Below, piece after piece: positions 50,076-62,081 of a DNA stretch of 64,000 bases. The notes under the pieces were generated by a model. It saw only the letters and a list, made by a program, of their open reading frames with translations, was not told where the DNA came from and searched no databases. Position 1 is the first letter of the stretch. Each line of letters opens with the position of its first letter. The stretch comes from Cetorhinus maximus (taxonomy: Eukaryota), in assembly GCF_964194155.1 (NCBI RefSeq), contig NC_135902.1, positions 46,500,001-46,564,000 of the forward strand. Direction: 5' to 3'. A program made the translations under genes and the position numbers.

Positions 50076-51297
50076 AATAAAGCAAGGGTTTTTCCAAATT
50101 TAAATATACTTTGCCTATGTAAGTACTGCAGTCTTGTTTTTAAAGTGCTGTTGTCTTAGAATAAGAGATTTACAGCTAGGTTTTGTTCCTGGACACTCTG
50201 ATTGGGGAAAGTTTGCTCCATCGTACAAGGTAATACTGAATTTTAAATATAATGGCCTGGATTTCACAGTCCACGGCAAAGCCAGCTGACCTCAAAGGAA
50301 AACCTCGCTGAGAGATCTAATGATCTGCATAACAAGAGCTTTACCCCTCTCGACATGCAGCGCTCTTTAATGAGGGTTCCCAGCATGGAGATGCAGTGAT
50401 GCCATTGAGCTGATGAAGTAGCCAATCACATTAAAGAATTCTCACGGTCAGCCAACCAGGAAATGAAAAGCACCAATGTTCAAATCACTTTAAAAAAAAA
50501 AAATTTACAGAGAGCCAAATAAAGGTAGGGATGTACACACAGAGATATGGTAGAAGCTGATCTATCATGAACAAGCTGTTACATTTTTTCTAATTTATAA
50601 AAATATATTGTGGAGTCATTTAACAACATTCAATAATTATAAAGTTATTTCTTTTCAAGGCCAGGTTGAGCTATTACTCAGAAATAGTCCTCATTAAACA
50701 GGACAACTGCTTATGCGCTTTCTATATAAATATGACAGAGGGGACTATTGATTTTTACCATCCAAGGAATAAAAATCAGTTATCAACGGGTGCACTCTTC
50801 AATGGGAATTGGAACTGGTCCAGTTGAACTACTCCTATTTGACCAGTTGAACTGGGACAAACTGGCCTTGCCTCACTAACCCAGCCCAGTCCCATCCCTG
50901 TTTACCTGCTGAGACCTCATGGTTTGGAATTGGGCTTTTGGTGACTTTGTTTTATTGATCCCAAAGAATAAAAATAAAGCAATAAGTTGACAACAGCCTG
51001 GAATGTCCATGTGTCAGAGGCCAAAAGTCTACACATCGTTTTTTTTTAACAGCATAGCAAATTTATTAGGTAAAGTAATAAAAAGTTCCAGGATACTTCA
51101 CCAGAGCACCATAAAGCCAAATAAGACACCAAGCCAGAAAGGATGATATTAGGGAAGATGGCCAAAAATGGGTTCAAAAAGGTAGGTTTTAAGGAGGGTC
51201 AGAAAGGAGGGAAGAGAGGGAGGGAGGCAGCAAAGTTTAAGGAGGGAATTCAAGAGCTCAGGGCCCAGGCAGCTGAGGGCACGGTCTCTGAGCAATC

Positions 51298-54220
51298 TGT
51301 TATGTTCTTCATTCAGGTCGTTTTGCTCTTGAACACGGTCGCACGCCTATCTATCGGCAGGTGGGTTGGCAACCATATACTACAGGTGCAGAGACCAATG
51401 TAAGATGAAGCCCATGCTGTTTATTTACACAGGTAACAGAGCCCTAACATGATGTGTGCTTCTCCAACCAGACCCTGCTCTAAACTACTCATTAACATTG
51501 TAGCCCGCACTACACAGCACTTGGGTAATACAGTCATGTGGTCAATCTGCTCACATTCTCTTAAAGATGTATTGCACCTCAGATTACCACATCCCTCCCC
51601 CTTTACTTGAAAGTACAATTTACAATCTTTACAATATATCAACTATTTACATAAATAATCAATTTACAAATTCAGTCTCTCTGAAGGCTTCTTCAAACAT
51701 TTCGAATGTCATTAGTTCTACAACTTTGGATGGTTTATCCAAGGCCTCCATCTCAGGAGTTATCTGTCCACTAGGCTCTCCAGTAGGAACCTGTAAGTTT
51801 GTCTCTTCCACTCTCTCAGGCTCAATGGATCCTACAGGTACTTCCAAAGCAAGGGGAGTTCCTTCTACATGTGGTGTAGACATCAACGGGAATGTTTTCA
51901 CCCTCTTTCAGGCCCAATCGTATGGACTCCTGCTGCCCCTCCCCTCCAAGTTCAACAATATGAAGGACAACGGTCAGGAAGGTTCTGAGAATCAGGATGT
52001 TGGGAAAGGCTAAATTCAACACAGAATGATCAGCTTTCTGTTGTGTAAAAAAAAAAAATAAAAATTTGGGGGGCTTGTTAGTAATTCCGCTTTTTCTTTC
52101 TACATGTCTTTTTTTGATGGGTTTTCTTCTTTAATCTTGGTCTTTTCAATTCCTCTATTGTTCAGACTAGGCTCAGGTATAAGCTCAACTTGAGTGAACT
52201 CGGTGGCTGAGTCTTCCAGCATTTCCACATCTGTCAGCTCCTTTGGAAACTTAGAGGTCTCTATTTTTACAGCTTCTTGGCTTTCACGTAGCTGATTCTT
52301 CAGCTCTTCCATTCTTTTTCTACATTTGTTGGTTGTTTCCTGGAGAATTAAGCATTGTTGTGTTTTCTCAGTTAATTTATTCTTCATCGCGGCCAGAGAT
52401 ATGCCAGTTTCTTTCTGTTCTTGTACCTTTTTAGTGTAACAAATTGGGACCTGAGGGAATTTTGCAATATGCAAAAGTCCTTCAACAGGTTTTCTTTTTC
52501 GTTTTGGAGGTTACTGACTTCAACTCAAACTCCATCTTGAAGCATCACCTCCATGAGTTCCTTTTTGTTGAGGTTTTATTTGCTCTTTTTTCCAAACAGT
52601 AACATTTCCTGCTTCTAATTGAGATCTCAGTAGTCTCTCAAAATTAATCTGTCTTAACCAGTTTCTTCTGAGGAGACTCGGTCCTCTGCCTGCTATCACT
52701 ATTAGGGGTAGATTAGCAGACTGGCTTCCATGCTGTACTGGAACCTTGCATATATCTTACTCATATGTCTTCACCAGTATGTGTCTTTAATTTAGCATCT
52801 GAATTTTCCAGATTTAGTGAGTGGTCTCCATTCAGATATTTAAACGTATGTTCCCCTATAACTCTCGTGGATGCCCCTGTATCCACCTCCATTCGGATGG
52901 GTTTCCTGCTGACTTCCACTGTCACATGGATTGGCTATGTCTACACATTTTTAAGCTGTGTCGTGAGTAAATATCTGACTGTTTCTTCTGGTTATGTGGA
53001 TTTCATGATTTCTACCTTTTTGTTTAAAATTTTGTCTCAATCTGTCATTACAATATTGCATAATGTGCCCATTGCGATGGCAGTAGAAATACTCGATTCT
53101 TTTAAATTGTTGTTCATTTGCAAGCTGCCTGGTTCCATTTCTGCCATTATTATTGTGGTTTTTCTCTGTTAAACCATTGCTTTTTGCTGGTCTGTTAATG
53201 GTGGCTGTTTCTCACCTTTCCACGGAGCCCTGCGCTTCTGTGCCATTTCTAACCGGTGCTTCCCTCCTGACACAAAGGACGGCGCCATTTTGTGCTCCCT
53301 TAATTGCTTCCGAATCCCTGACTGCGCTCTCCATTGCGAGCACCAACTCCAGCGCCTTGCTGAAGTCTAAATTCGTTTCTGACGACAACTTTTTTTGAAT
53401 GGCGTCTTCGTTGATCCCACATACTAATCAATCTCTTAGTATGTCATTAATCGACATCCCGAACTCACAGTGCTCTGTCAGTTGTTTTAAGGCTGCTACA
53501 TAGCAAGCGACTGTGTCTCCAGGGGTGCGACATCTCAAATTGAATTTAAAACACTGCATTGTTACCGAGGATTTCGGCTGAAAGTAGCTTTTCACAAGAT
53601 TTACCAACTCATCAAAGCTCTTGGAATCTGGGGCATTGGGTACCGTTAGACTACGTATGTTTTACTGCCACATCTCAATAAGAGGATCGCTCGCCTCTTC
53701 TCCTCCCCCAACATGTCGTTGGCCAAAAAGAAGAACGCGAGGCGTTCAATATAATGTGACCAGTCATCGGTGGTCTGATCAAACAGTTCAATGCAGCCAA
53801 ATTGTGGCATACTGGAGGGAAATAACTTTGATATCTACGGTGAGGGATGTACTGCAAGGCACATCTGATTCACTTCTGTGGAATTTTTGAGGCTTTCCTT
53901 GGTGTCATCAATTGGTTGTGCTTTGCCTTGTCGACAGTTGTTATGTTCTTCAGTTGGGTAACTTTGCTTGTGAACACGATTGCACACCTATCTACCGGCG
54001 GGTGAGTTGGCAACCGTACATTGCAGACGCGAGACCAATATAAGATGAAGCACATGCTGTTTACTTACAGAGATAACAGAGCACGAACACATTGTGTGCT
54101 TCTACTCTAAACTACCCATTAACATTGTAGCCCACGCTACACAGCACTTGGGTAATACAGTCACGTGGTCAATCTGCTCACATTCTCTTAAAGGTGTATT
54201 GCACCTCAGATTACCATCCA
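51298..54220 (-). mobile_element. Non-autonomous Gypsy LTR retrotransposon (LTR-gag-protease-LTR)
   Basis: Direct repeats 51298-51591 and 53939-54220 (TG...CA); polypurine tract at 51592-51601 on minus; PBS-like CTGTCGACAAGG next to the 5' LTR; possible TSD AATC/ATTC. Confidence 0.92.
52620..53810 (-). pseudogene. Gypsy gag and aspartic protease remnant
   Basis: ATG at 53810: MPQFGCIELFDQTTDDWSHYIERLAFFFLAND; mutated zinc knuckle YFYCHRNGHIMQYC; protease MEVDTGAS (about 52870-52892) and GPSLLRRNWL. Confidence 0.88.
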
Positions 54221-55139
54221 ATTCAAATCCAAAATGCTCAAGAGGCCAGGATGACATGAGTGCAGATATGTCAGGAGTATTGTGGAAGTGCAGGAGATTA
54301 CAGAGATAGGGAGGGGGCAAAGCCATGGAGGGATTTGAAAACAAAGTTGAGAATTTTAATATCAAGACCTTACCAGGAGCAAATGTAGGTCAGTGAGCAC
54401 AGCTGTTCACCACCAGAAAATTATTGAAGTAAGGGGACATCAATGAATGCTCATGTTATGGTGATATTCATTTACTGAGCTGTTCAGGTGTACATGAGAT
54501 GAGGAAAGTCTTGTTTACAGTGATGGTGGCTCTGACTCCTACCCTTTATTTTAACCTATTTAGAGCATTCTAAAGTCACTATATTTTTGGAGCCCACCTA
54601 CTGATTCATAAAAACAGCAAAAAAACAGAGAGCAGTAAAGGCCTGGGCATGTCTGAACATGGTGTACCATGAGCCTATTCAACACTGCAGCATCCCAGCT
54701 GAGGGAGAGATGTTTTATTTTAACTCACATAGCATCATAGGAGGCAACCATTTGGTGGGGACTGCAGCCACCTTGCTACCTGATCACTGAGTTGTGTATG
54801 GAATGGAACCCTGTCACAGCCCCTCACTCCAGTAGGCATTGCAGAAGTGTAAACCTAAATGCTCTCACTGCTGCTTAACTATATGAGAAGTTCTCCAACT
54901 CAATCCAACTTCATATTTGCACATAGTGCCCATATGCACATCATCAAGCAGGACTAGCTGCCTGGTGCTTCTCCTCCCCTGCCTATCCCAGGACAGTGAC
55001 ATCTACTCCAGTATCATCTAGCACCAACCTAGTTCACATCAGTTAACTCAGTATAGAAGCAGTGAACTCCCCGGTCTGTACACATGGAAATTGTTCAACT
55101 GTATGACCAATAAATGTAATTATTTTTTATATTTATTCA

Positions 55140-55610
55140 TTCACAGGATGTGAGCATTGCAGGCCAGGCCAGCATTTGTTGCCCGTTCCTAATTTCACTT
55201 GAGAAGGCAGTGGTGAGTCACCACCATAGTACATGTGGTGTAGGTACACCAACAGTGCTGTTAGGAAGGGAGTTCATTCCTTTTAGGCTTTGTAGTGGTT
55301 TGATACAACTGAGTGTCTTACTAGGTCATTTCAGGCTAAGAATCAGCTGCATTGCTTTGGGTTTGGAGTCACATGTAGGCCAGACCAGTAAGGATAGAAG
55401 ATTTCCTTCCCTAAAGGGCATTAGTGAACCAGATGGGTTTTTACAACGATCATTTAAATGGTCACCATTAGACTAGCTTTTAATTCCAGATTTATTAATT
55501 GAATTTAAATTCCACTAGCTGCCACAGTGGTCGGATTTGAACCCGTGTTCAAATTAGCCTGGGCCTCTAGGTTACTAGCCCAGTGACATTATCACTATAC
55601 CACTGTTCTC
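55140..55610 (-). mobile_element. LINE tail (55140-55275) adjoining a tRNA-SINE copy (55280-55610)
   Basis: Reverse complement of 49720-50075 and of the LINE tail; B box ggatttgaaccc on +. Confidence 0.8.
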
Positions 55611-56309
55611 CTCATATGGTAAGAGTATTTATAAACCAAGCTGTGTACAATACTGAAAGGTATCTTGTTATATGAAAATTCTGCAGAGCTGCAGATTTCA
55701 GACTGAAATCATAGAGATGCTGTATTTTTTTTGCAATCTATATATTTTATGGTCAAATTAAATTAAATTTGTGAGATAATGTGAAACATTTTGTTGCTTT
55801 TAGTCCTTCAAATTTATTCGGTGTATCCATGGATACAGGTATAGTTTCAAATTCAGTGTTTGGACATTTGGAGCAGAACAGAATTACTTGGACACCTTCA
55901 ATTAAAAGCTGTAAGTCAGTGGCTACTAAATACTCAGATGGGAACAAGCCTTTGTACAAAAGCCTGATACAAAAATACACTAATGGCATAAAAATCCATG
56001 CAGCACTGAAACCAACACTGCACAAAATGTCCTGTGCTGTTTGGAGTGAGCAGCCTATCCAAACTGAGGAAATTAAATGTCCCAGCTTGGAGAGAGACAA
56101 ACTCACCTGTCAATTAATTCCTGTCTTAACACCACTCAGTTGATGTAGGTTTTAATAACAGAGCAATGTGCTGAGACTCAGGTAAATAATAGAAGAGCGC
56201 TGAATTATGATGCAGTATAATCTGCAGAGATGCTTCTGCATCCAATTATTCTCTCCCATGTTAAGGTTCTTCTGTCGTAGCCAATATTTATGTACGTTTA
56301 TAGAAAGAT

Positions 56310-56950
56310 GGAACTTGCATTTACATAGCGCTTTTCACAGCCTCAGGGTGTCCCAAAGTGCTTTACTGCCAATGGGGTACTTTATTATAGTGTAGTCACT
56401 GCTATAAGATCAGAAAAACCTTTAAGAAAAATGTGTACTTAATATATTGCCTTAATGTAGTGAACAGTCCAAGGTGCTGCACAGACATCGAGCAGCAGAA
56501 GGAGAACAATTTGGGGGAGGTGACTGAGGAATAGGTCAAAGAGGCTCTTGAAGACAATGGGAGAGAAAACAAGGGTGTTAGGGGAGCTTAGGGACTGCCG
56601 GGCAGCATCGTAAAGACCTCAGAGGGTTCAGCTACCAATAGTGGGTCAGAAGGTGGGATGGATGCATAGGCAGGTCAGCATCAGAAGACCATAGGGCATT
56701 GACTGGACCGTAGGGAGATGAGATTGCAGAAGTAGGTTGGGTGAGATTTTGGGCTGATTTGTGATGATAGATAAAGGTTCTGAATGCATTGGAATGGAGA
56801 GATGGAGGAAGTTTGCAACGGTATAGGTGATGGTCATGTGGGAGTTGGTACAGGCAAGGTGGCAGAACTTTAGATGATTCAGGGCAGATTAGAGGGTTTC
56901 AGCAGAGCTAGGCATGAGTTAAAGATAGAGGGGGATGATGCTATGTAGAT
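56310..56950 (-). mobile_element. SINE/L2 tail plus degenerate L2 fragment
   Basis: acttgcatttacatagcgc, tcccaaagtgctttac and ggagatgagattgcaga. Confidence 0.55.
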
Positions 56951-56974
56951 GAACATACTTGGAAGTAAGCTCAC

Positions 56975-57460
56975 CTAGGAGATCAAAAGCAGCAGGTGTA
57001 TGGGTGTTAATTATATATTAATTATGTTTAATTATATGCAAGTGGAGGGCATTAGTTGTGGTTTTACTTGAACACATATAAAGAGACACTTACTATAAAC
57101 TGTGTGTGGTTGAGTTAGGAGGCGTATGCTTGTGATGTTTCACTCTGTCAATAAATAAAGATTGGCTCCAGTATCATCCTTCACCAATGAGCTTTCTGGG
57201 TCGAAACACATGGAAAAACTACCAGCTGAAAGTTCCCCTCCAATAAAGTTACACACCATCCTGACTTGGAAATATATCGCCGTTCCTTCACTGTCGCGGA
57301 GTCAAAATCCTGGAACTCCTCCCCCAACAGCACTGTGAGTGTACCTACACCACAAGGACTGTAGTGGTTCAAGAAGGTGGCTCACCACCACCTTCTCAAG
57401 GGCAATTAGGGATGGGCAATAAATGCTGGCCCAGCCAGCGACACTCACACCCCCTGAACA
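56975..57460 (+). mobile_element. Second CR1-group LINE family, 3' fragment (host of the solo LTR)
   Basis: Matches 42705-42970. Confidence 0.85.
56997..57208 (+). mobile_element. Solo LTR (212 bp) inserted in a LINE fragment
   Basis: TG...CA ends, CATATAAAG TATA-like box, AATAAA, flanks CAGG/CATG; the host LINE reads through when it is removed. Confidence 0.8.
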
Positions 57461-58556
57461 AATAGAAATTATGTATAAGATATGGGATTTAAAGCTCAGC
57501 ATAGGGTCAGTGTAGCAAGGAATTGTAACATTGGTCTGGAAGCAAATCTTACTCATTTGGTACTTTTAGCAACAGTATGTAAAATTTGCACAAAATTCTC
57601 ACACTGATTTTATTAACCAGTGGATTGTCATATCTGATATAGCTCACTGGCCTGAAAACTCTTGAGGATATATTTGCTAAAATGGGTTATTTTGTAGCAG
57701 TAACCGAGCACAGAGATCAGAAGATATATTTGTTTTGCTTTTACTGTCAATAATTGGTTTCCACACTCTGCTTTTAGTCTGTATTCAAGCTTGGTCATAT
57801 GGAGGATTTTTTTTTGCATTAGCAGAGTGCCAGTGACATTGTTAGAGTGAAACAGATTATAGCTGTTTTATAGCAATGAGAGTGCTATGATGTACATACA
57901 GTACCTTATCTGGCCTGCCCATTAAAGCAACTGGTCTAATTGCTGTCATTTCTGAGATTAATTAGAGTTTACTTACCATTGATAGGTGAAGTATGCAGAC
58001 CGTAGGTGGTTATAAATGGCCAATTCCTGGTCATAAGAAGCCAAGATGAAATAATTATCCCCCTTACTTGGTTTTTATGCTTTACACAATTTGTGTGATG
58101 TCTGAATTGTGACTGAAAAATTAACCCATCCTGAAAAAGCACTAAGTTTATTTTCATGGCTGTTGACCATGCTGTTTGAAGGGAGATGTACAAAGGCTGG
58201 TAAGGGATGTAATGGACCAGATTTTCCTCTCCAGTGCTTGGCTTATAGGCTCGGCGAGTCAGAGGAGCTTAAAGCAAAATCGGGCAGACACTGCCCATAA
58301 TGTTCTGGCCTCTATTTTTGCTGGAAAGGAATCTGAGCAGCTGTGAGCAATGTGCCCTGCAATGGTCACATAGTGAAGAGGAAAATGTGTCCCAGTATTT
58401 TCACCCTGCCAGTGGTAATCGTTGTTATTTCAACCCATGTCAGCTGAGTAAATTTGCTGTGTTATAGTGAACGGTAAATGGCACGGTCGTGGTAAATATC
58501 AAAGGGCATTCCAGATCCTTACCTATCTCTGAGCAATGACACTGTTACATGACGTG

Positions 58557-59318
58557 GGGCAGAATTTGATGTCCTCTCCAGTGACGTGTTTGATGGATGG
58601 TGGCCATTTAATCAGGCGGGAGAGTGGCAGGTGGGGTCCCTGCGCCTCCCCATCTCCACCCCGATTAGATCCATGGCGGGAAGGCCCGTGGACAACTGTC
58701 CAGCACCACCGCCAATCGAGGCCCTTAAGTGGGGAATTAATGCCCACTTAAAGGCCTTGTCAAGCCATTGCTGGTTTTAATGCATTGGTGGGCAGGGGGC
58801 TCACTATGCCAAGCAAACCTTGTTGGAGTTGCTTGCAGGCTTCTGGGGCGGGTTGGGGGCGGGGTGGGGCACCTGATCTAAAGACACTTGGTGGCTGATT
58901 GAGGGTCTCAGCATTGGGAAGGGGAGGCCAGCTGAGGGGCCCCCTGTACTTATTGGCATCCCCCACCCACCCCCAATCCTGTGGCCCCACCCCACATCTC
59001 CCATCCCGCCATCACTCACTTGTGACCTGGGATCCAGCGACAATACTAGGCCTCAGGTGACTGTAGTACCGGTAGCAGCCACCACCTTCCCAGTGGCATT
59101 ACCGTTCAATCGAGCTGGCGGCCTCTGATTGACTGGCAGCTCTCCGTGGGCAGGACTACTGGCCCCCAGGATCCTTGATCCCAGGGAAGGCCCACTGCTG
59201 TCTAGCTAAGTGCTTGAGTAGCACTCAATCTGGTGGGCCTTCCAGAAAAGAGGTGACACGGGGCACTCGCCAGCCAGCCAGGAGGTGAGACCCACATTGC
59301 CTCCATTAAATACCACCC
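58557..59318. mobile_element. Harbinger-type MITE, family B
   Basis: GGGCAGAATTT ... TAAATACCACCC; homologous in inverted orientation to 61190-61660. Confidence 0.75.
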
Positions 59319-61102
59319 TTGGAATGCAGCGTCTGCTATCGCACAGGCAAACCTAGCAAACCACTTGCAACAAAGCAAGATTCCCATGTGCAGCAATGAG
59401 ATCAATAGCTAGTTTCTTTGGCTGGGAGAGGAAATGTTGGATCGCTACCGAAGCACTGTGATTTAATGGCAGTCTGAATTATGTGCTCTAGTTAGGGGTA
59501 ACTGAAGTGACAAAACTCCTGGGCCTGAGGTAGGACTCTACTACGTGAGTCAAGCGGACACCACTTTAAACAGACATAAAGTGTGGTTAGCTTGAACAGT
59601 CGCTAACCAGGACACTTGTTGATTGAACATTGTATGATTAAAGGTCTAACTATTTGTGACAAATTAGTGACAATATGCACATTGTGAGCAGAGTATACCC
59701 TAACTTCTTGGAACAATGTCCACATCGCCGAAAAGGCCTCAGTGCCTAGTCGCCCAGACTCCAAGACAGTTCACCATTCCCTTGAATCTTGATTCACTTT
59801 GCCTTTCCTGTGACTGCTTGTTACCTGAAAAGTTAAAATACCAAATCCTCTTGTGGTAAAGTATTCCAGCCAGCTATCATATTACGCTAAAAGAAAATAC
59901 ATTGTTAATTTCTTTAAGAGCGAATTAAACATAGGAACAATGACCTCATGCCTAAAGCCTTATGAATATAGCAAGAATTCAATTTCCAAATGATATGAAA
60001 GTGGTAATAATATTTTGGGAAGGACTGTGGGACATACGTGAACTCTTAAAGTGATTGACTCCTTTGAAATTATTTTTCACACCTTGGCTTCAGAAGCAGA
60101 AATTAATGCCTGCCAGAGCCTGTCTGTCCACCATCGCTTCTGTTTTCCAACTGGAGTCCTTTTGGTATCATGCAAAGCTTTTAAGTGGTATAGCAGACCT
60201 GAATGTTACTTGTTTTGAAATGTAGCTACTGGGTGTTTGGGTCTGTGTAGACAATGCCTAGGGTCGAGCTGAGGCACACAAAGACAAGTGATTATAGAGT
60301 CCCTGTGGCCCAAAGAACCAGTCCCCTCACACGGTCCTTGTGCAAATAGCTCGATTAAAGAGTGGCTATCCGAGACCTTTAAGCTGCTGTAGCCATTTGA
60401 ATGCTACAGTAGCACTTGGGGACTTCCACCTATCATCCCTTGCCCAGGGTCTGGCTCCCAATTGCGGACACAAAAAGCTCCCGGAGCCCAGCCACGATAG
60501 TGGATGGATTTGGGGAACGGCAGGGTGAATTCCGGATATATTTCCAGCAGTGGTCGTGTCTTGAAAGAAAATCTCGCCTCCTGGGCCCTTCTAATCCGTC
60601 TCTGTGCTGTCCCAGCAATTGTAACCAATATTGCGCTTCCTTCAAGATTCTTGTCAAGTTTTACTTTGAAGAGATTTAACCTAAATCTTCCTGTGGTAAG
60701 CTATTCCAGCCCAGCCATCACATTCTCAGTGTGTGCAACATCAATGCATTCTGGCTGAAAATCATGTTGCCTCATACTGCAAGCTAAAAATTCAACAACG
60801 CCAATTTTTGGGCCTGGAACTGCGAAGCGCAATTATTTGTTGCCTGATTGAGATGATGCATGCAATCTTCGTGCTGCCTCATCATCAGCATAATTGCAAA
60901 GTTCAGCCCAGAGCTAAACCCACTGCCGACTGGCTGCATGCGCAGCAGGGGGCCCAGGTAGCATGCTTGGCTATAGCATGAGTTGCAGCTAGGCTGCACG
61001 TCTTAAAGGCAGTGTGCACTTCTTAAAGGGGAGGTCTATTCTGGCTGCAGCAGCTAGTGGAGCGGTTCGACAAAGTGTTCCAGGGAAGGGATAAAATTCC
61101 AG

Positions 61103-61186
61103 TGGAACACTGGGTCAGAGAGAGGGCTCCCTCTCTGATGCAATGTTGGAGGCCTTAATCAAGGATGTGTAAAGAAAGGGGGAGAG
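61103..61186 (+). pseudogene. Harbinger Myb/SANT-like ORF start (remnant)
   Basis: RERAP then, after a frameshift, SDAMLEALIKDV*RK; resembles the RAPRFSDxxLExLV start of Harbinger Myb/SANT proteins. Confidence 0.5.
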
Positions 61187-61189
61187 CGT

Positions 61190-61660
61190 AGGCAGTGTTT
61201 AATGGAGGCGGAAGTTTCACCAACCAGCTAGAAAGCCGGTGAGGGCCCTGCATCATCTCTTGTAGGGAAGGCCCGCCGAATCAAGTGCCACTCAGGCACA
61301 TGACAGGCCAGTAGCAGGTCTTCCCTGAGATCAAGGACCCTGGGGGCAAAAGTCCACCTCTCAAGAGCTGCCAGCCAATCAGAAACTGGCAACTCCATTG
61401 AACTCCAGCGCCACTGGGGAGGCAGTGGCTGCTGCCAGAATGACACCCACCTGAAGCCTAGGATTGTGGATGGACCCAAGCCACAGGGGGATTAGCAACA
61501 AGGGAAAGGGGTGGCTCCCAGTGACTCCTTGATCAGGCACCAGCGGTGGCAGGATGGGGCCCTTAAGTGGACATTAACTGCCCACTTAAAGGCCTCAGTT
61601 GGTGGCGGGGTGGGAAGACTGACCGTGGGCCTTTCCACCACGGACTTAATCGGCACATTG
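61190..61660. mobile_element. MITE family B copy nested in the Harbinger element
   Basis: Shares gagctgccagccaatcag (inverted), gggaaggccc and cttaagtgg...cccacttaaaggcc with 58557-59318. Confidence 0.7.
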
Positions 61661-61699
61661 GCAAAGCCAGGTGCCTGCTCCTCCTGCTTGTCTCTGGTT

Positions 61700-62081
61700 C
61701 AAGAGAAGATGATGAAGCCCCCCTCTCCTGTACAGGGCCTCAGTCACCTGCCTCTGCAGCAAAGTATGTGAAGTTGGCAACGTCATTGGCCCAGAAGGAT
61801 CCTGAGGTGTAGAAATTGAGACCCACCGTGACCTTGAGAGTCTCTTGTCCGGCTGTGCTGCTGTTGGCCCAGTTGGAGGAGGTGACACAGTTCAGTGAGC
61901 AAGTACTTGGTGAAACATAAGCGCCTCAGACAAGTGCTGTCTGAATATGTTAGGTGGGTATGGCCCTCTATTGAGAGCCCTCCTCCTCCTCCCTCTGTGC
62001 CACAGCTTCTCCTCTCTGCTCCCTGTGCACCATCTTCCTGTCATGCTGCAGCCCAAGAGGGACTGTAACTTTAGCCCCCAT
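61700..62081 (-). pseudogene. Harbinger (HARBI1-like) transposase N-terminal remnant
   Basis: Hand translation across frameshifts: MGAKVTVPLGLQHDR, RGPYPP, CLRRLCFTKYLLTELCHLLQ, LKVTVGLNFYTSGSF, RQVTEALY; the DDE region is absent. Confidence 0.8.

Larger units (their letters stand above)
51085..54400 (-). mobile_element. L2 fragment split by the Gypsy insertion (51085-51297 and 54221-54400)
   Basis: gggcccaggcagctgagggcacgg continues after the LTR element into tgctcaagaggccag...ggagggatttgaaaac; reverse complement of the L2 at 9850-10480. Confidence 0.75.

Noticed and set aside
51567-53398. Plus-strand ORFs of 81-148 aa
   Set aside because: Antisense to the Gypsy internal region.
55753-56143. 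Overlapping 117-aa and 120-aa ORFs
   Set aside because: No recognisable domain or splice support.
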